A DNA stretch of 62,889 nucleotides, the filler included, from Reclinomonas americana ATCC 50394 (taxonomy: Eukaryota), in assembly GCA_048213135.1 (NCBI GenBank). It is 8 parts of 4 records of this genome, joined end to end, with 100 filler letters (N's around TTAATTAATTAA, not from the genome) between each part and the next. Parts side by side here need not be neighbours in the genome. Positions count along the whole stretch, not along the records: positions 22,795 to 38,473 come from PS015151.1; positions 38,574 to 45,341 come from PS015152.1; 6 more parts are not named here. One strand, written 5' to 3'. The notes under the pieces are model-generated. The model saw nothing but the letters and a program-made list of their open reading frames with translations. It made no database searches and was not told the DNA's origin. The position numbers were made by a program, and so were the translations under genes. Positions 27,715-40,101 of this stretch are shown here, piece after piece. How positions within the stretch are numbered: the first letter of the stretch is position 1; each line of letters opens with the position of its first letter.

Positions 27715-28302
27715 GAGGGATGTAGAGAAGAGAGCAGGGGGCAGAGAGAGAGAGAGAGAGGAGCAGGGAGGCAACAATCAGCGCGCCGGTCGTCGTCGCG
27801 GTGTGTGTGTGTGCCCTGTGTGTGTGAGACGCGGGACCAGGACAACGTTTGACATTCATCATCCTCACACACACAGCAACACCACAACAAACAGAAGACG
27901 TTGGTTGGCTTGNNNNNNNNNNNNNNNNNNNNNNNNNNNNNNNNNNNNNNNNNNNNNNNNNNNNNNNNNNNNNNNNNNNNNNNNNNNNNNNNNNNNNNNN
28001 NNNNNNNNNNNNNNNNNNNNNNNNNNNNNNNNNNNNNNNNNNNNNNNNNNNNNNNNNNNNNNNNNNNNNNNNNNNNNNNNNNNNNNNNNNNNNNNNNNNN
28101 NNNNNNNNNNNNNNNNNNNNNNNNNNNNNNNNNNNNNNNNNNNNNNNNNNNNNNNNNNNNNNNNNNNNNNNNNNNNNNNNNNNNNNNNNNNNNNNNNCAT
28201 CACAGCGAATGTCGTTGCACTCTGTCACTTTATTGATGGAACACGAAACAACTAATCAAAATCAATCAACTTTCTCTCTCTCTCTCTCGCCCTTCCCATG
28301 TT

Positions 28303-29409
28303 TCACAAGCGCGACTCTAGGTCCATGCTTCGCCGATACAGCACAGCCGTCGCTTCCTCCACAATGAAGCAGCGCAGCACAATCTCCGCCAGACACCAAC
28401 AATCTGGCTCGTCGTCCTCGTCAACCACAGCTTCTAGCTGCATCTCCTGCACAGCCCGCATTGCCTCGCGTGCTGCGCCCAACTCACACGCAGCGAGACC
28501 GCAGGGAGTGGACCACACTCGCAAAGTCCTGTCATTACTGCCACTCACGACATGCTGACCATCGAGAGACACAGCAACAGAGCGCACACCTCCAGTGTGT
28601 CCCTCCAACTGTCGCACCTCCTGCCCACTCGCCAGTGACCATACGCGCACGGTCTCGTCTCCACTGCAACTCACAATGTGCTGGCCATTGGGCGTAATGG
28701 CGACACTATACACCCATCCTGTGTGCCCCTGCAACCGTCTCACCTCCTGCCCACTCGCCAGTGACCACACTCTCACTGTCCCGTCTCCACTCCCACTCAC
28801 CACATGATGTCCATCGGGAGTGACGGCTACGGACCACACCATACCATTGCGACCCTCCAGCTGTCGCACTTCTGCGCCACTCGTCAATGACCACACTCGC
28901 ACAGTCTTGTCATGGCCCACGCTGACAACGAAGAGACCATCCGGCGTGATGGCGACTGAGTTCACCCACCAAGTGTGCCCTTCAAACCGCCTCACTTCCT
29001 CTCCACTCGCCAGTGACCACACACGAACAGTGTCATCCCTGCTCCCGCTGACAATGTGAACCCCGTCGGGAGTGACGGCAACAGATTCCACTTCCCTAGC
29101 GTGTCCCTCTAACCGTCTCACTTCCTCTCCACTCTCCAGTGAGCACACTCGCACAGCGTGATCAGAACTCCCACTCACGATGTGTCGTCCATCGGGAGTG
29201 ACGGCAACAGATACCACATAATACGTGTGCCCCTCCAGTCGTCGAACCTCAGCTCCAGTCGTCAGTGACCACACTCGCACTGTGCAGTCTGTACTCCCAG
29301 AGACGATGTGACGACCATCGGGAGTGACGGCGACACACAACACGTGGCCCGTGTGACCAGTGATGCACTTGGAGAGCAGGAGAGTGAGGCGAGAGGGAGT
29401 GAGGGACAT
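28303..29409 (-). CDS. WD40 array copy D
   Basis: Intronless ORF MSLTPSR...CLAEIVLRCF..DLESRL. Confidence 0.88.
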   Translation of the reverse strand: MSLTPSRLTLLLSKCITGHTGHVLCVAVTPDGRHIVSGSTDCTVRVWSLTTGAEVRRLEGHTYYVVSVAVTPDGRHIVSGSSDHAVRVCSLESGEEVRRLEGHAREVESVAVTPDGVHIVSGSRDDTVRVWSLASGEEVRRFEGHTWWVNSVAITPDGLFVVSVGHDKTVRVWSLTSGAEVRQLEGRNGMVWSVAVTPDGHHVVSGSGDGTVRVWSLASGQEVRRLQGHTGWVYSVAITPNGQHIVSCSGDETVRVWSLASGQEVRQLEGHTGGVRSVAVSLDGQHVVSGSNDRTLRVWSTPCGLAACELGAAREAMRAVQEMQLEAVVDEDDEPDCWCLAEIVLRCFIVEEATAVLYRRSMDLESRL

Positions 29410-29779
29410 GAGGAAGGAGAGAGCAGGGAGCAGGGAGAGAGCAGGGAGCAGTGAGAGAGAGAGGAGAGGAGAGCAGAGCAGAGGGCAGAGGGCAGAGAAG
29501 AGAGAGAGAGAGAGAAGAACGACAGTGACAATCAGCGTCAACCCCGTCGTCGTGTCGTGGTGTGTGTGTGAAGACGCGGGACAAGGACGATGTCGACTTG
29601 ACAAAGCACTTCCTTGCACACCACACCCTTCCTAACGGCCGTCCCACAGAAACAGCAGCCTTGGGCTCGCTCATGTAGAATGCATGTGCGCCAACCAGGT
29701 GCACAACATTCACTCTGGCTCATTACTAAAAAAAAAAATGAATCAACAAAACGAAATCAAGCAATTGCTTCTCTTACTC

Positions 29780-30892
29780 TCACAAATGCGACTCCGGATC
29801 CATGCTGCGCCGGTGGAGAATAACCGCCGCCTCCTCCACAATGAAGCACCGCAGCACCATCTCTGGCAGGCACCGTGAATCCGATTCTTCATCTTCGTCA
29901 GCCGCAGCTTCCCGCTGCATCTCCTGCACGGCAAACATTGCCTCGCGTGCTGCGCCCAGCTCAAACGCAGCGAAGCCGCAGGGAGTGGACCACATTCGCA
30001 AAGTGCTGTCATTGCTACCACTTACAACATGCCGACCATCAGCTGAGACGGCAACAGACCGCACTCCCCCAGTGTGTCCCTCCAGCTACCGCACCTCTCT
30101 TCCACTGGCCAGTGACCACACTCGCACAATCGGGTCAACCCCGTCGCCTCCACTTACAACGTGCTCACCGTCGGGGGTGACGGAGGCGAATAACAGGCTC
30201 TGAGTGTGTCCATCAAACCGTCGCACTTCCTTGCCTGTCGGCACTGACCACATTCTCATAGTCCTGTCGTGAGTGCAACTCACAATGTGCTGACTATCGG
30301 GTGTAACGGCAACCGACCACACCCAACCTCTATGCCCGTCGAACCGGCGCACTTCGGCGCCATTCTCCAGCGACCACACTCGCGCAGTCTCGTCCCAGCC
30401 ACCACTAACAACATACTGACCATCCGGCGTGACGGCGACAGATTTCACAAAGTGAGTGTGCCCCACCATTCGTCGCACCTCCTGCCCCCTCGCCAGTGAC
30501 CACACACGCACTGTCGCATCCCAACTCCCGCTGACAACGTGCTCCCCATCGGGAGTGATGGCAACAGATTCCACTGCATCAGCGTGCCCATCCAACCGTC
30601 TCACTTCTGCTCCACTCTCCAGTGACCACACTCGCACTGTGTAGTCAGAACTCCCACTCACGATGCGCTGCTCATCGGGAGTGACGGCAACAGAGTTCAC
30701 ATAACCCACGTGACCCTGCAGTCGCCGCACCTCAGCTCCAGTCGTCAGTGACCACACTCGCACTGTCTTGTCCCCACTTCCAGAGACGATGTGACGACCG
30801 TCGGGAGTGATGGCGACACATGTCACCGGGCCCGTGTGACCAGTGATGTGCTTGGAGGAGAGGAGGATGGGAGGAGAGGGAGCGGTGGACAT
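29780..30892 (-). pseudogene. WD40 array copy E with in-frame TAG before repeat 7
   Basis: REVR*LEGH at 30086-30088 where paralogs encode Q; the frame continues to the normal tail. Confidence 0.75.
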
Positions 30893-31238
30893 GATGATGG
30901 GAGAGAGACAGGAGAGCAGAGAGAGAGAGAGAGAGGACCAGGGAGGCAACAATCAGCGCGCCGGTCGTCGTCGCAGTGTGTGTGTGTGTGTGTGCGTGTG
31001 TGTTTGAGATGACAGCTGATGATCTTTGAGATCGTGTTTGAAGACTCGCTTGTGGGACAGGTCGGCAATGGCACTTCCTCGCTCACGACTCACGGACGAC
31101 GACTCGCAGCAGGCTTTCATTGATAACGTTGAATGCAGGTGCGTCAACAAGGTGCGCAACATTCACTTGATGGCTCATCACAAAAACATGAAACAACAAC
31201 ATGCAATCAAACAACTCTCTGTCGTCCCTCTCCCTTTT

Positions 31239-32354
31239 TCACAAGTGCGACTCCGGGTCCATGCTGCGCCGATGAAGCACCACAGCCGCCTCCTCCACAA
31301 TGAAGCAGCGCAGCACAATCTCCACCAGACACCAACAATCTGGCTCGTCACCTTCATCGTCGTCGTCTCCAGCTTCTCCTTGCATCACCTGCACAGCTCG
31401 CATCACCGCTCGTGCTGTATCGAGCTCAAACGCAGCGAGGCCACAAGGAGTGGACCACACTCGCAAGATCCTGTCATAACCACCACTCACAACATGCCGA
31501 CCATCGGGAGACACAGCAACAGAGCTCACATAGCCATCGTGTCCCTTCAACTGTAGCACCTCTCTGCCACTTGCCAGTGACCACACTCGCACAATCGGTT
31601 CGACCCCAGTGCCCCCACTCACAACGTGCTCACCGTCGGGGGTGACGGAGATATGCAACACGTTTTGAGTGTTTCCGTCAAACCGCCGCACTTCCTTGCC
31701 TGTCGCCGTCGACCACACTCTCACAGTCTTGTCTAAACTGCAACTCAGAATGTTCTGACCATCGGGAGTGACGGCAACCGACCACACCCAACCTTTGTGT
31801 TCCTTCAGTCGTTGCACTTCAGCACCAGTCTCCAGCGACCACACTCGCACTGCCCCGTCGCCACTCCCGCTGACAACGTAGAGACCATCTGGCGTGACGG
31901 CGACAGAGTTCACTCCCCCAGTGTGCCCCTCCATTCGTCGCACCTCCTCTCCACTCTCCAGTGACCACACGAGCACAGTTTTGTCCTCACTTCCACTCAC
32001 AATGTGAACCCCGTCGGGAGTGATGGCGACAGATTCCACTTGCTTAGTGTGGCCCCTCAACAAATGCACTCCTTCTCCACTCTCTCGCGACCACACTCGC
32101 AGCGTCCGGTCGAAGCTGCCACTCACGATGCGTAGCCCATCAGAAGTGACGGCGACAGAGATCACAGAATCCGTGTGTCCCTCCAGTCGTCGAACCTCAG
32201 CTCCAGTTGCCAAGGACCACACGCGCACTGTGGAGTCCGTACTCCCAGAGATAATGTGCTCACCATTGGGAGTGACGGCGACGCACGTCACAGCGCCCGT
32301 GTGACCAGTGATGCGCTTGGAGGGAAGGAGGAGGGGAGAGGGAGAGCAGGACAT
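31239..32354 (-). CDS. WD40 array copy F
   Basis: Intronless ORF MSCSPSP..KRITGH...CLVEIVLRCF..DPESHL. Confidence 0.88.
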   Translation of the reverse strand: MSCSPSPLLLPSKRITGHTGAVTCVAVTPNGEHIISGSTDSTVRVWSLATGAEVRRLEGHTDSVISVAVTSDGLRIVSGSFDRTLRVWSRESGEGVHLLRGHTKQVESVAITPDGVHIVSGSEDKTVLVWSLESGEEVRRMEGHTGGVNSVAVTPDGLYVVSGSGDGAVRVWSLETGAEVQRLKEHKGWVWSVAVTPDGQNILSCSLDKTVRVWSTATGKEVRRFDGNTQNVLHISVTPDGEHVVSGGTGVEPIVRVWSLASGREVLQLKGHDGYVSSVAVSPDGRHVVSGGYDRILRVWSTPCGLAAFELDTARAVMRAVQVMQGEAGDDDDEGDEPDCWCLVEIVLRCFIVEEAAVVLHRRSMDPESHL

Positions 32355-32660
32355 GAGGAAGGGAGGGGAGGGAGACCAGAAGGCAGAGAAGAAGAGAGAG
32401 AGGCAAGTCAACTCTGCGGTGTGTGCGGAACGGTTGGTCTAGTCAGTCAATACTCGGGACGAGGACGATGGTTGACTTCGTCTTCCTCGCACACCCACAC
32501 CCTGTTTTACCACGACGAACAGCCTTGCCTTCGCTCACGTAGAATGCAGGTGCGCCAACCAGGTGCGCAACATTCACTTTGGCTCATCACAAAAAACACG
32601 AACCAACAAAACAAAAGGCAACTCTTTGACTCTCTGTCTCTCTCATCCCTCTCTCAGCTT

Positions 32661-33484
32661 TCACAAGTGCGACTCCGGGTCCACGCTGCGTCGATACAGC
32701 ACCACCACCNNNNNNNNNNNNNNNNNNNNACCGAGGAAGTGGATTGTGTGGCCATCACTCCTGACGGCGGTCGCATTGTGAGTGGCAGTAGGGACTGCAC
32801 TGTGCGTGTGTGGTCACTGGCGAGTGGAGAGGAAGTGAGGCGATTCGAGGGGCACACTTGGTGGGTGTGGTCTGTCGCCATCACACCGGATGGTCTCTAC
32901 GTTGTCAGCGCGAGCCGCGACGAAACTATGCGGGTGTGGTCGCTGGAGAATGGTGCAGAAGTGCGACGGCTGGAGGGTCACAAAGGTGGGGTACTGTCGG
33001 TTGCCATTACACCCGATAGTCAGCACACTATTAGTTGTAGTTACGACAGGACTGTGAGAGTGTGGTCAATGGCGACTGGGAGGGAAGTGCGCCGGTTTGA
33101 AGGACACACTTACACTATGATTCACGTCTCCGTCACCCCCGACGGTGAGCACGTGGTGAGTGGAGGCAATGCTGCGGACCCGATTGTGCGAGTGTGGTCA
33201 CTGGTCAGTGGAAGAGAGGTGCAGCAGCTGGAGGGACACGATCTGTCGGTGCGTTCTGTTGCCGTCTCACCTGATGGTCGGCATGTCGTGAGTGGTAGCT
33301 TTGACAATACTTTGCGAGTGTGGTCCACTCCATGTGGCCTCGCTGTGTTTGAGTTGGGCGCCGCACGCAAGACAATGTGGGCTGTGCAGGATATGCAGCG
33401 AGAAGACGAGGGCGAGGACGACGAAGAGCCTGATTGTTGGTGTCTGGTGGAGATTGTGCTGCGCTGCTTCATTGTGGAGGAGGC
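32661..33484. CDS. WD40 array copy G: 3' end on minus (32661-32709), body as an inverted contig (32730-33484, +)
   Basis: The + fragment ends at CFIVEE and the minus fragment resumes at VVLYRRSVDPESHL. Repeats are nearly identical to copy C. Confidence 0.7.
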
Positions 33485-33795
33485 NNNNNNNNNNNNNNNN
33501 NNNNGGGGAGAAAAGGAGAGAGAAGCAACAATCAACTCGCAAGTCGTCAGAGAGAGAGAGAGTGTGTGTGTGTGTGTGTGCGTGTGTGTGTCGAGGTGTG
33601 CGTCTGAAACGCGGGACCTGGACAACGTTGGACATTCATCGCACTTCCTTGCTCACCGCACCCAGCAACACCACAACAAGCAGACGTTGGTTGGCTTGTA
33701 TCACAGCGAATGTCGTTGCACTCTGTCACTTTATTGATGGAACACGAAGCAACTAATCAAAATCAATCAACTCTCTCTCTCGCCCTTCCTATGTT

Positions 33796-36217
33796 TCACA
33801 AGTGCGACTCTAGGTCCATGCTGCGCCGATGAAGCACAAGCGCCGCTTCCTCCACAAGGAAGCAGCGCAGCACAATCTCCACTAGACACCAGCAATCCGG
33901 CTCGTCCTCATCCTCGTCGTCTCCAGCTTCTAGCTGCATCTCCTGCACGGCTCGCACCGCCGCTCGTGCAGCGTAGAGCTCGATCGCAGCAATGCCACAC
34001 GGGGTGGACCACACTCGCACAGTTCCGTCAAAGCCTCCGCTTACAATATGCAGACCATGGGGNNNNNNNNNNNNNNNNNNNNNNNNNNNNNNNNNNNNNN
34101 NNNNNNNNNNNNNNNNNNNNNNNNNNNNNNNNNNNNNNNNNNNNNNNNNNNNNNNNNNNNNNNNNNNNNNNNNNNNNNNNNNNNNNNNNNNNNNNNNNNN
34201 NNNNNNNNNNNNNNNNNNNNNNNNNNNNNNNNNNNNNNNNNNNNNNNNNNNNNNNNNNNNNNNNNNNNNNNNNNNNNNNNNNNNNNNNNNNNNNNNNNNN
34301 NNNNNNNNNNNNNNNNNNNNNNNNNNNNNNNNNNNNNNNNNNNNNNNNNNNNNNNNNNNNNNNNNNNNNNNNNNNNNNNNNNNNNNNNNNNNNNNNNNNN
34401 NNNNNNNNNNNNNNNNNNNNNNNNNNNNNNNNNNNNNNNNNNNNNNNNNNNNNNNNNNNNNNNNNNNNNNNNNNNNNNNNNNNNNNNNNNNNNNNNNNNN
34501 NNNNNNNNNNNNNNNNNNNNNNNNNNNNNNNNNNNNNNNNNNNNNNNNNNNNNNNNNNNNNNNNNNNNNNNNNNNNNNNNNNNNNNNNNNNNNNNNNNNN
34601 NNNNNNNNNNNNNNNNNNNNNNNNNNNNNNNNNNNNNNNNNNNNNNNNNNNNNNNNNNNNNNNNNNNNNNNNNNNNNNNNNCGAGCCACCACAAGTGTTC
34701 ACCGACAAGTGGAGAGGAAGTACGAGGACACCAAGACTGTATGCACATTGTTAGTGGCAGTGTGGACATGACGGTGCGAGTGTGGTCAATGGCGAGTGGT
34801 GAGGAAGTACGTCGATTGCGGGGACATGCTCTTTCAGTGCAGTCGGTTGCCGTATCTCCCACCGGCCGCTTCGTTGTAAGTGGGAGTGCAGACAAGACGG
34901 TGCGAGTGTGGTCACTGGAGATCGGTGCTGAAGTGCGACGGCTGGAGGGACATAGAGCTGGGGTGCGATCGGTTGTCGTCGCTCACGGTAAGTATGTTGT
35001 CGTCGGGAGTGACGATGGCACTGTGCGAGTTTGGTCACTGGTCGATGGAAGGGAATTGCGACGGTGGGAAGGACATCAAAGGTGGGGTGTCTTGTGTCGC
35101 TGTAACCCCCGATGGCAAGCACATCGTGAGCGGGAGTGGTGACGGGACTGTGCGCGTGTTGAGTGCGGCCAATGGAATGTTGAGGGGACACGCTTCATGG
35201 GTGTACAGTGTTGCCGTCGCCNNNNNNNNNNNNNNNNNNNNNNNNNNNNNNNNNNNNNNNNNNNNNNNNNNNNNNNNNNNNNNNNNNNNNNNNNNNNNNN
35301 NNNNNNNNNNNNNNNNNNNNNNNNNNNNNNNNNNNNNNNNNNNNNNNNNNNNNNNNNNNNNNNNNNNNNNNNNNNNNNNNNNNNNNNNNNNNNNNNNNNN
35401 NNNNNNNNNNNNNNNNNNNNNNNNNNNNNNNNNNNNNNNNNNNNNNNNNNNNNNNNNNNNNNNNNNNNNNNNNNNNNNNNNNNNNNNNNNNNNNNNNNNN
35501 NNNNNNNNNNNNNNNNNNNNNNNNNNNNNNNNNNNNNNNNNNNNNNNNNNNNNNNNNNNNNNNNNNNNNNNNNNNNNNNNNNNNNNNNNNNNNNNNNNNN
35601 NNNNNNNNNNNNNNNNNNNNNNNNNNNNNNNNNNNNNNNNNNNNNNNNNNNNNNNNNNNNNNNNNNNNNNNNNNNNNNNNNNNNNNNNNNNNNNNNNNNN
35701 NNNNNNNNNNNNNNNNNNNNNNNNNNNNNNNNNNNNNNNNNNNNNNNNNNNNNNNNNNNNNNNNNNNNNNNNNNNNNNNNNNNNNNNNNNNNNNNNNNNN
35801 NNNNNNNNNNNNNNNNNNNNNNNNNNNNNNNNNNNNNNNNNNNNNNNAACCGACGATATTCTGGGAGGGGAGGATTCGAACCACGGCGACACAGGTCACT
35901 CCGCCGACGTGTCCCTCGAAACGTCGCACCTCCTCTCCACTCTCCAGCGACCACACGCGCACTGTACGGTCATCACTGCCACTCACAATGTGTTGCCCAT
36001 CCGGCGTGATGACGACAGAATACACCCATCCAGTGTGTCCCTCCAGTCGTCGCACCTCATCTCCACTCGCCAAAGACCACACTCGCACAGTGTTGTCCAT
36101 ACTGCCGGTGACGATGTGCTGACCATCGGGAGTGACGGCGACAGACCACACCACGCCAGTGTGCCCGGTGATGCGCTTGGAGGGGAGGAGAGTGAGTGGA
36201 GAGGGAGCGCGGGACAT
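33796..36217 (-). CDS. WD40 array copy H (one or more copies, gapped; inverted and frameshifted fragment 34682-35221)
   Basis: 3' tail at 33796-34062; 5' end MSRAPSP..KRITGH at 35849-36217. Confidence 0.6.
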
Positions 36218-36518
36218 GATGGCGGGAGAGAGAGAGAGAGAGAAGAGCAGGGAGGGACAGAAGAGAGGGGGAACAATCAACTCGCAAGTCGTCGGGGTGC
36301 GTGCGTGTGAGAAGACGCCGGACCAGGACACTGCGACGTCATCCTAGCATACCACGCCCTGCCTTACCACAACGAACAGCAGCCTTGGCCTCGCTCATGT
36401 CGAATGCAGGTGCGTCAACCAGGTGCACAACATTCACTTCAGCTCGTCACAAAACAAACAAAATAATAAATGCAATCAAACAATTCGAATTCGTTCACTC
36501 TCTCATCCCTCCCATTAT

Positions 36519-37610
36519 TCACAAGTGCGACTCCGGTTCAATGCTTTGCCGATACAGCACCACCGCCGCCTCTTCCACAATGAAGCACCTCAGCACAATC
36601 TCTGGCAGACACCGCGAATCTGCTTCTTCTCGCTGCATATCCTGCACAGCCCACATTGTCTTGCGTGCGGCGCCCAACTCAAACACAGCGAGGCCACATG
36701 GAGTGGACCACACTCGCAAAGTATTGTCATTGCTAACACTTACAACATGTCGACCATCAGCTGAGACGGCAACAGAACGCACCGACAGATCGTGTCCCTC
36801 CAGCTGCTGCACCTCTCTTCCACTGACCAGCGACCACACTCGCACAATCGGGTCCGCAGCATGGCCTCCACTCACAACGTGCTCACCGTCGGGGGTGACG
36901 GAGACGAATAACAGGCTCTGAGTGTGTCCTTCCAACCGTCGTACTTCCTTCCCGGTCGCCATTGACCACATTCTCATTGCGTCGGCGGAACTGCAACTCA
37001 CAATGTGCTGCCCATCGGGAGTGACGGCAACCGACAGCACCCAACCTCTATGCCCGTCGAACCGGCGCACTTCGGCGCCATTCTCCAGCGACCACACCCG
37101 CACAGTCTTGTCCCAGCTGCCACTAACAACATGCTGACCATCCGGCGTGACGGCAACAGATTTCACAAAGTGAGTGTGCCCCTCCATTTGTCGCACCTCC
37201 TCTCCTCTTGCCAGTGACCACACACGCACAGTTTTGTCACTTCCCCCGCTGACAACGTGCTCCCCATCGGGAGTGATGGCAACAGATTGCACCCATCCAG
37301 TGTGTCCCTCCAACCGTCTCACTTCTGCTCCACTCTCCAGTGACCACACTCGCACTGTGTAGTCAGAACTCCCACTCACGATGCGCTGCTCATCGGGAGT
37401 GACGGCGACTGAATTCACACAACCAGTGTGTCCCTTCAGCAGACGCACCTCAGCTCCGGTCGCCAGTGACCACACTCGCACTGTCTTGTCCCCACTTCCA
37501 GAGACGATATGACGACCGTCGGGAGTGATGGCGACACATGTCACCGGGCCCGTGTGACCAGTAATGCGCTTGGAGAGCAGGAGAGTGAGGCGAGAGGGAG
37601 AGAGGGACAT
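36519..37610 (-). CDS. WD40 array copy I
   Basis: Intronless ORF MSLSPSR...CLPEIVLRCF..EPESHL. Confidence 0.88.
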   Translation of the reverse strand: MSLSPSRLTLLLSKRITGHTGPVTCVAITPDGRHIVSGSGDKTVRVWSLATGAEVRLLKGHTGCVNSVAVTPDEQRIVSGSSDYTVRVWSLESGAEVRRLEGHTGWVQSVAITPDGEHVVSGGSDKTVRVWSLARGEEVRQMEGHTHFVKSVAVTPDGQHVVSGSWDKTVRVWSLENGAEVRRFDGHRGWVLSVAVTPDGQHIVSCSSADAMRMWSMATGKEVRRLEGHTQSLLFVSVTPDGEHVVSGGHAADPIVRVWSLVSGREVQQLEGHDLSVRSVAVSADGRHVVSVSNDNTLRVWSTPCGLAVFELGAARKTMWAVQDMQREEADSRCLPEIVLRCFIVEEAAVVLYRQSIEPESHL

Positions 37611-37941
37611 GGGGGATGGAGAGAAGAGAGCAGGGAGCAGAGAGAGAGAGAGAGAGAGGAGCAGGGAGGCAACAATCAGCGCGCCGGTCGTCGTCGCGGT
37701 GTGTGTGTGTGTGTTTGAGATGATCTTTGAGATCGTGTTTGAAGACTCGCTTGCGGGACAGGACGACGCGGGCACTTCCTCACTCACGACTCACGCAAGA
37801 CGACTTGCAGCAGGCTTTCATTGATAACGTTGAATGCAGGTGCGTCAACAAGGTGTACAACATTCACTTTGGGTCATCACAAAACGCGCAGCGAGACAAC
37901 GACATGAAATCAAACAACTCTCTCTCGTCCCTCTCCCTTAT

Positions 37942-38473
37942 TCACAAGTGAGACTCCGGGTCCATGCTGCGCCGATGGAGAACCACAGCCGCCTCCTCCA
38001 CAATGAAGCAGCGCAGCACAATCTCCACCAGACACCAACAATCTGGCTCGTCACCTTCATCGTCGTCGCCTCCAGCTTCTCCTTGCATCACCTGCACAGC
38101 TCGCATCACCGCTCGTGCTGTATCGAGCTCAAACGCAGCGAGGCCACAAGGAGTGGACCACACTCGCAAGATCCTGTCATAACCACCACTCACAACATGC
38201 CGACCATCGGGAGACACGGCAACGGAGCCCACATAGCCATCGTGTCCCTCCAGCTGTCGCACGTCTCTCCCACTGGCCAGTGACCACACTCTCACAATCG
38301 GGTCAACCCCGGTGCCTCCACTCACAACGTGCTCTCCGTCGGGGGTGACGGAGATATGCAACACGTTCTGAGTGCGTCCTTCAAACCGGCGCACTTCCTT
38401 GCCTGTCGCCATTGACCACACTCTCATAGTCTTGTCTAAACTGCAACTCAGAATGTTCTGACCATCGGGAGTG
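37942..38473 (-). CDS. WD40 array copy J, 3' part (truncated by contig end)
   Basis: Near-identical to the 3' half of copy F. Confidence 0.75.
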
Positions 38474-38668
38474 NNNNNNNNNNNNNNNNNNNNNNNNNNN
38501 NNNNNNNNNNNNNNNNNTTAATTAATTAANNNNNNNNNNNNNNNNNNNNNNNNNNNNNNNNNNNNNNNNNNNNCGCAACATTCACTTTGGCTCATCACAA
38601 AAAACACGAACCAACAAAACAAAAGGCAACTCTTTGACTCTCTGTCTCTCTCATCCCTCTCTCAGCTT

Positions 38669-39767
38669 TCACAAGTGCGACTCCGGGTCCACGCTGCGCC
38701 GATGTAGAACTACCGCCGCCTCCTCCACAATGAAGCACCGCAGCACCATCTCCGCCAGACACCGCGAATCCGATTCTTCATCTTCGTCAAACACAGCTTC
38801 TCGCAGCATCTCCTGCACGGCCCGCATCGCCGCTCGTGCTGTATCGAGCTCGAAAGCAGCAAGGCCACAAGGAGTGGACCACACTCGTACAGTCCTGTCA
38901 TGACCAACGCTCACAACATGCCGACCATCAGGTGAGACGGCAACAGAGCCCACATATCCGATGTGTCCGTCCAACTGTCGCACCTCTCTTCCACTGGCCA
39001 GTGACCACACTCGCACAATCGGGTCAGCAGCATTGCCTCCACTTACAACGTGCTCACCGTCGGGGGTGACGGAGACGAATAACAGGCTCTGAGTGTGTCC
39101 TTCAAACCGCCGCACTTCCTTCCCAGTCGCCATTGACCACACTCGCACGGTGTCGGCGAAACTGCAACTCACAATGTGCTGGCCATCGGGTGTTATGGCA
39201 ACCGACCACAGCCAACTTCTATGCCCGTCCATCCAGCGCACTTCTGCACCATTCTCCAGTGACCACACCCGAACAGTCTTGTCATTGCTTCCGCTGACAA
39301 CGTGGAGACCATCCGGCGTGATGGCGACAGAGCACACTCCCCCAGTGTGCCCCTCAAACCGCCTCACCTCCTCTCCACTCGCCAGTGACCACACGAGCAC
39401 AGTTTTGTCCTCACTTCCACTCACAACGAGCTGACCGTCGGGAGTGATGGCGACAGATTCCACTTGCTTAGTGTGGCCCCTCAACAGATGCACTTTCCTC
39501 CCACTCTTCAGTGACCACACTCGCACTGTGTAGTCAGAACTGCCACTCACGATGTGCTGGCCATTGGGCGTGACGGCGACAGAGTTCACACAATACGTAT
39601 GTCCCTCCAGTCGTCGCACCTCAGCTCCAGTTCCCAAAGACCACACGCGCACTGTCTTGTCTGTGCTCCCAGATACGATGTGCTGACCATCGGGAGTGAC
39701 GGCGACGCATGTCACAGGGCCAGTGCGACTTGGAGAAAAAGAGAAGGGGAGAGGGTGACAGGGACAT
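38669..39767 (-). pseudogene. WD40 array copy K, same 5' frameshift as copy A
   Basis: Identical MSLSPSPLLFFSKSHW leader, out of frame with the repeats. Confidence 0.65.
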
Positions 39768-40101
39768 GATCAGGGGAGAGAGGAGATCAGGGAGCAGGGA
39801 GCAGGGAGAGAGAGAGATAGAGAGAGAGTGAGAGGAGTGAGGGTCAACAATCACGTATGTGTGCGCGACTCGTCGTGTTTGAAGACGCCGGACCAGGACA
39901 CCGCAATGGTCGACTTCGTCTTCCTTGCACACCACGCCCTGTCTTGCCGACGAACAGCAGCCATGCCTCCGCTCATGTCGAATGCAGGTGCGCCAACCAG
40001 GTGCACATCAGTTCACTTCAGCTCGTCACAAAACAAACAAAATAATAACATATGCATGCAACCAAACAATTTCGTTGTCTCACTCTCATCCCTCCCATTA
40101 T

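Noticed and set aside
30086-30088. In-frame TAG as evidence of stop-codon reassignment
   Set aside because: Single case; TAG terminates DGAT1 and conserved genes show no internal stops once introns are removed.
32730-33484. Inverted WD40 segments (also 22795-23224, 34682-35221) suggesting programmed inversion
   Set aside because: Each is bounded by N-gaps, no recombinase is visible, and the unrelated 19041-20025 contig shows the same flip; most likely scaffolding mis-orientation.
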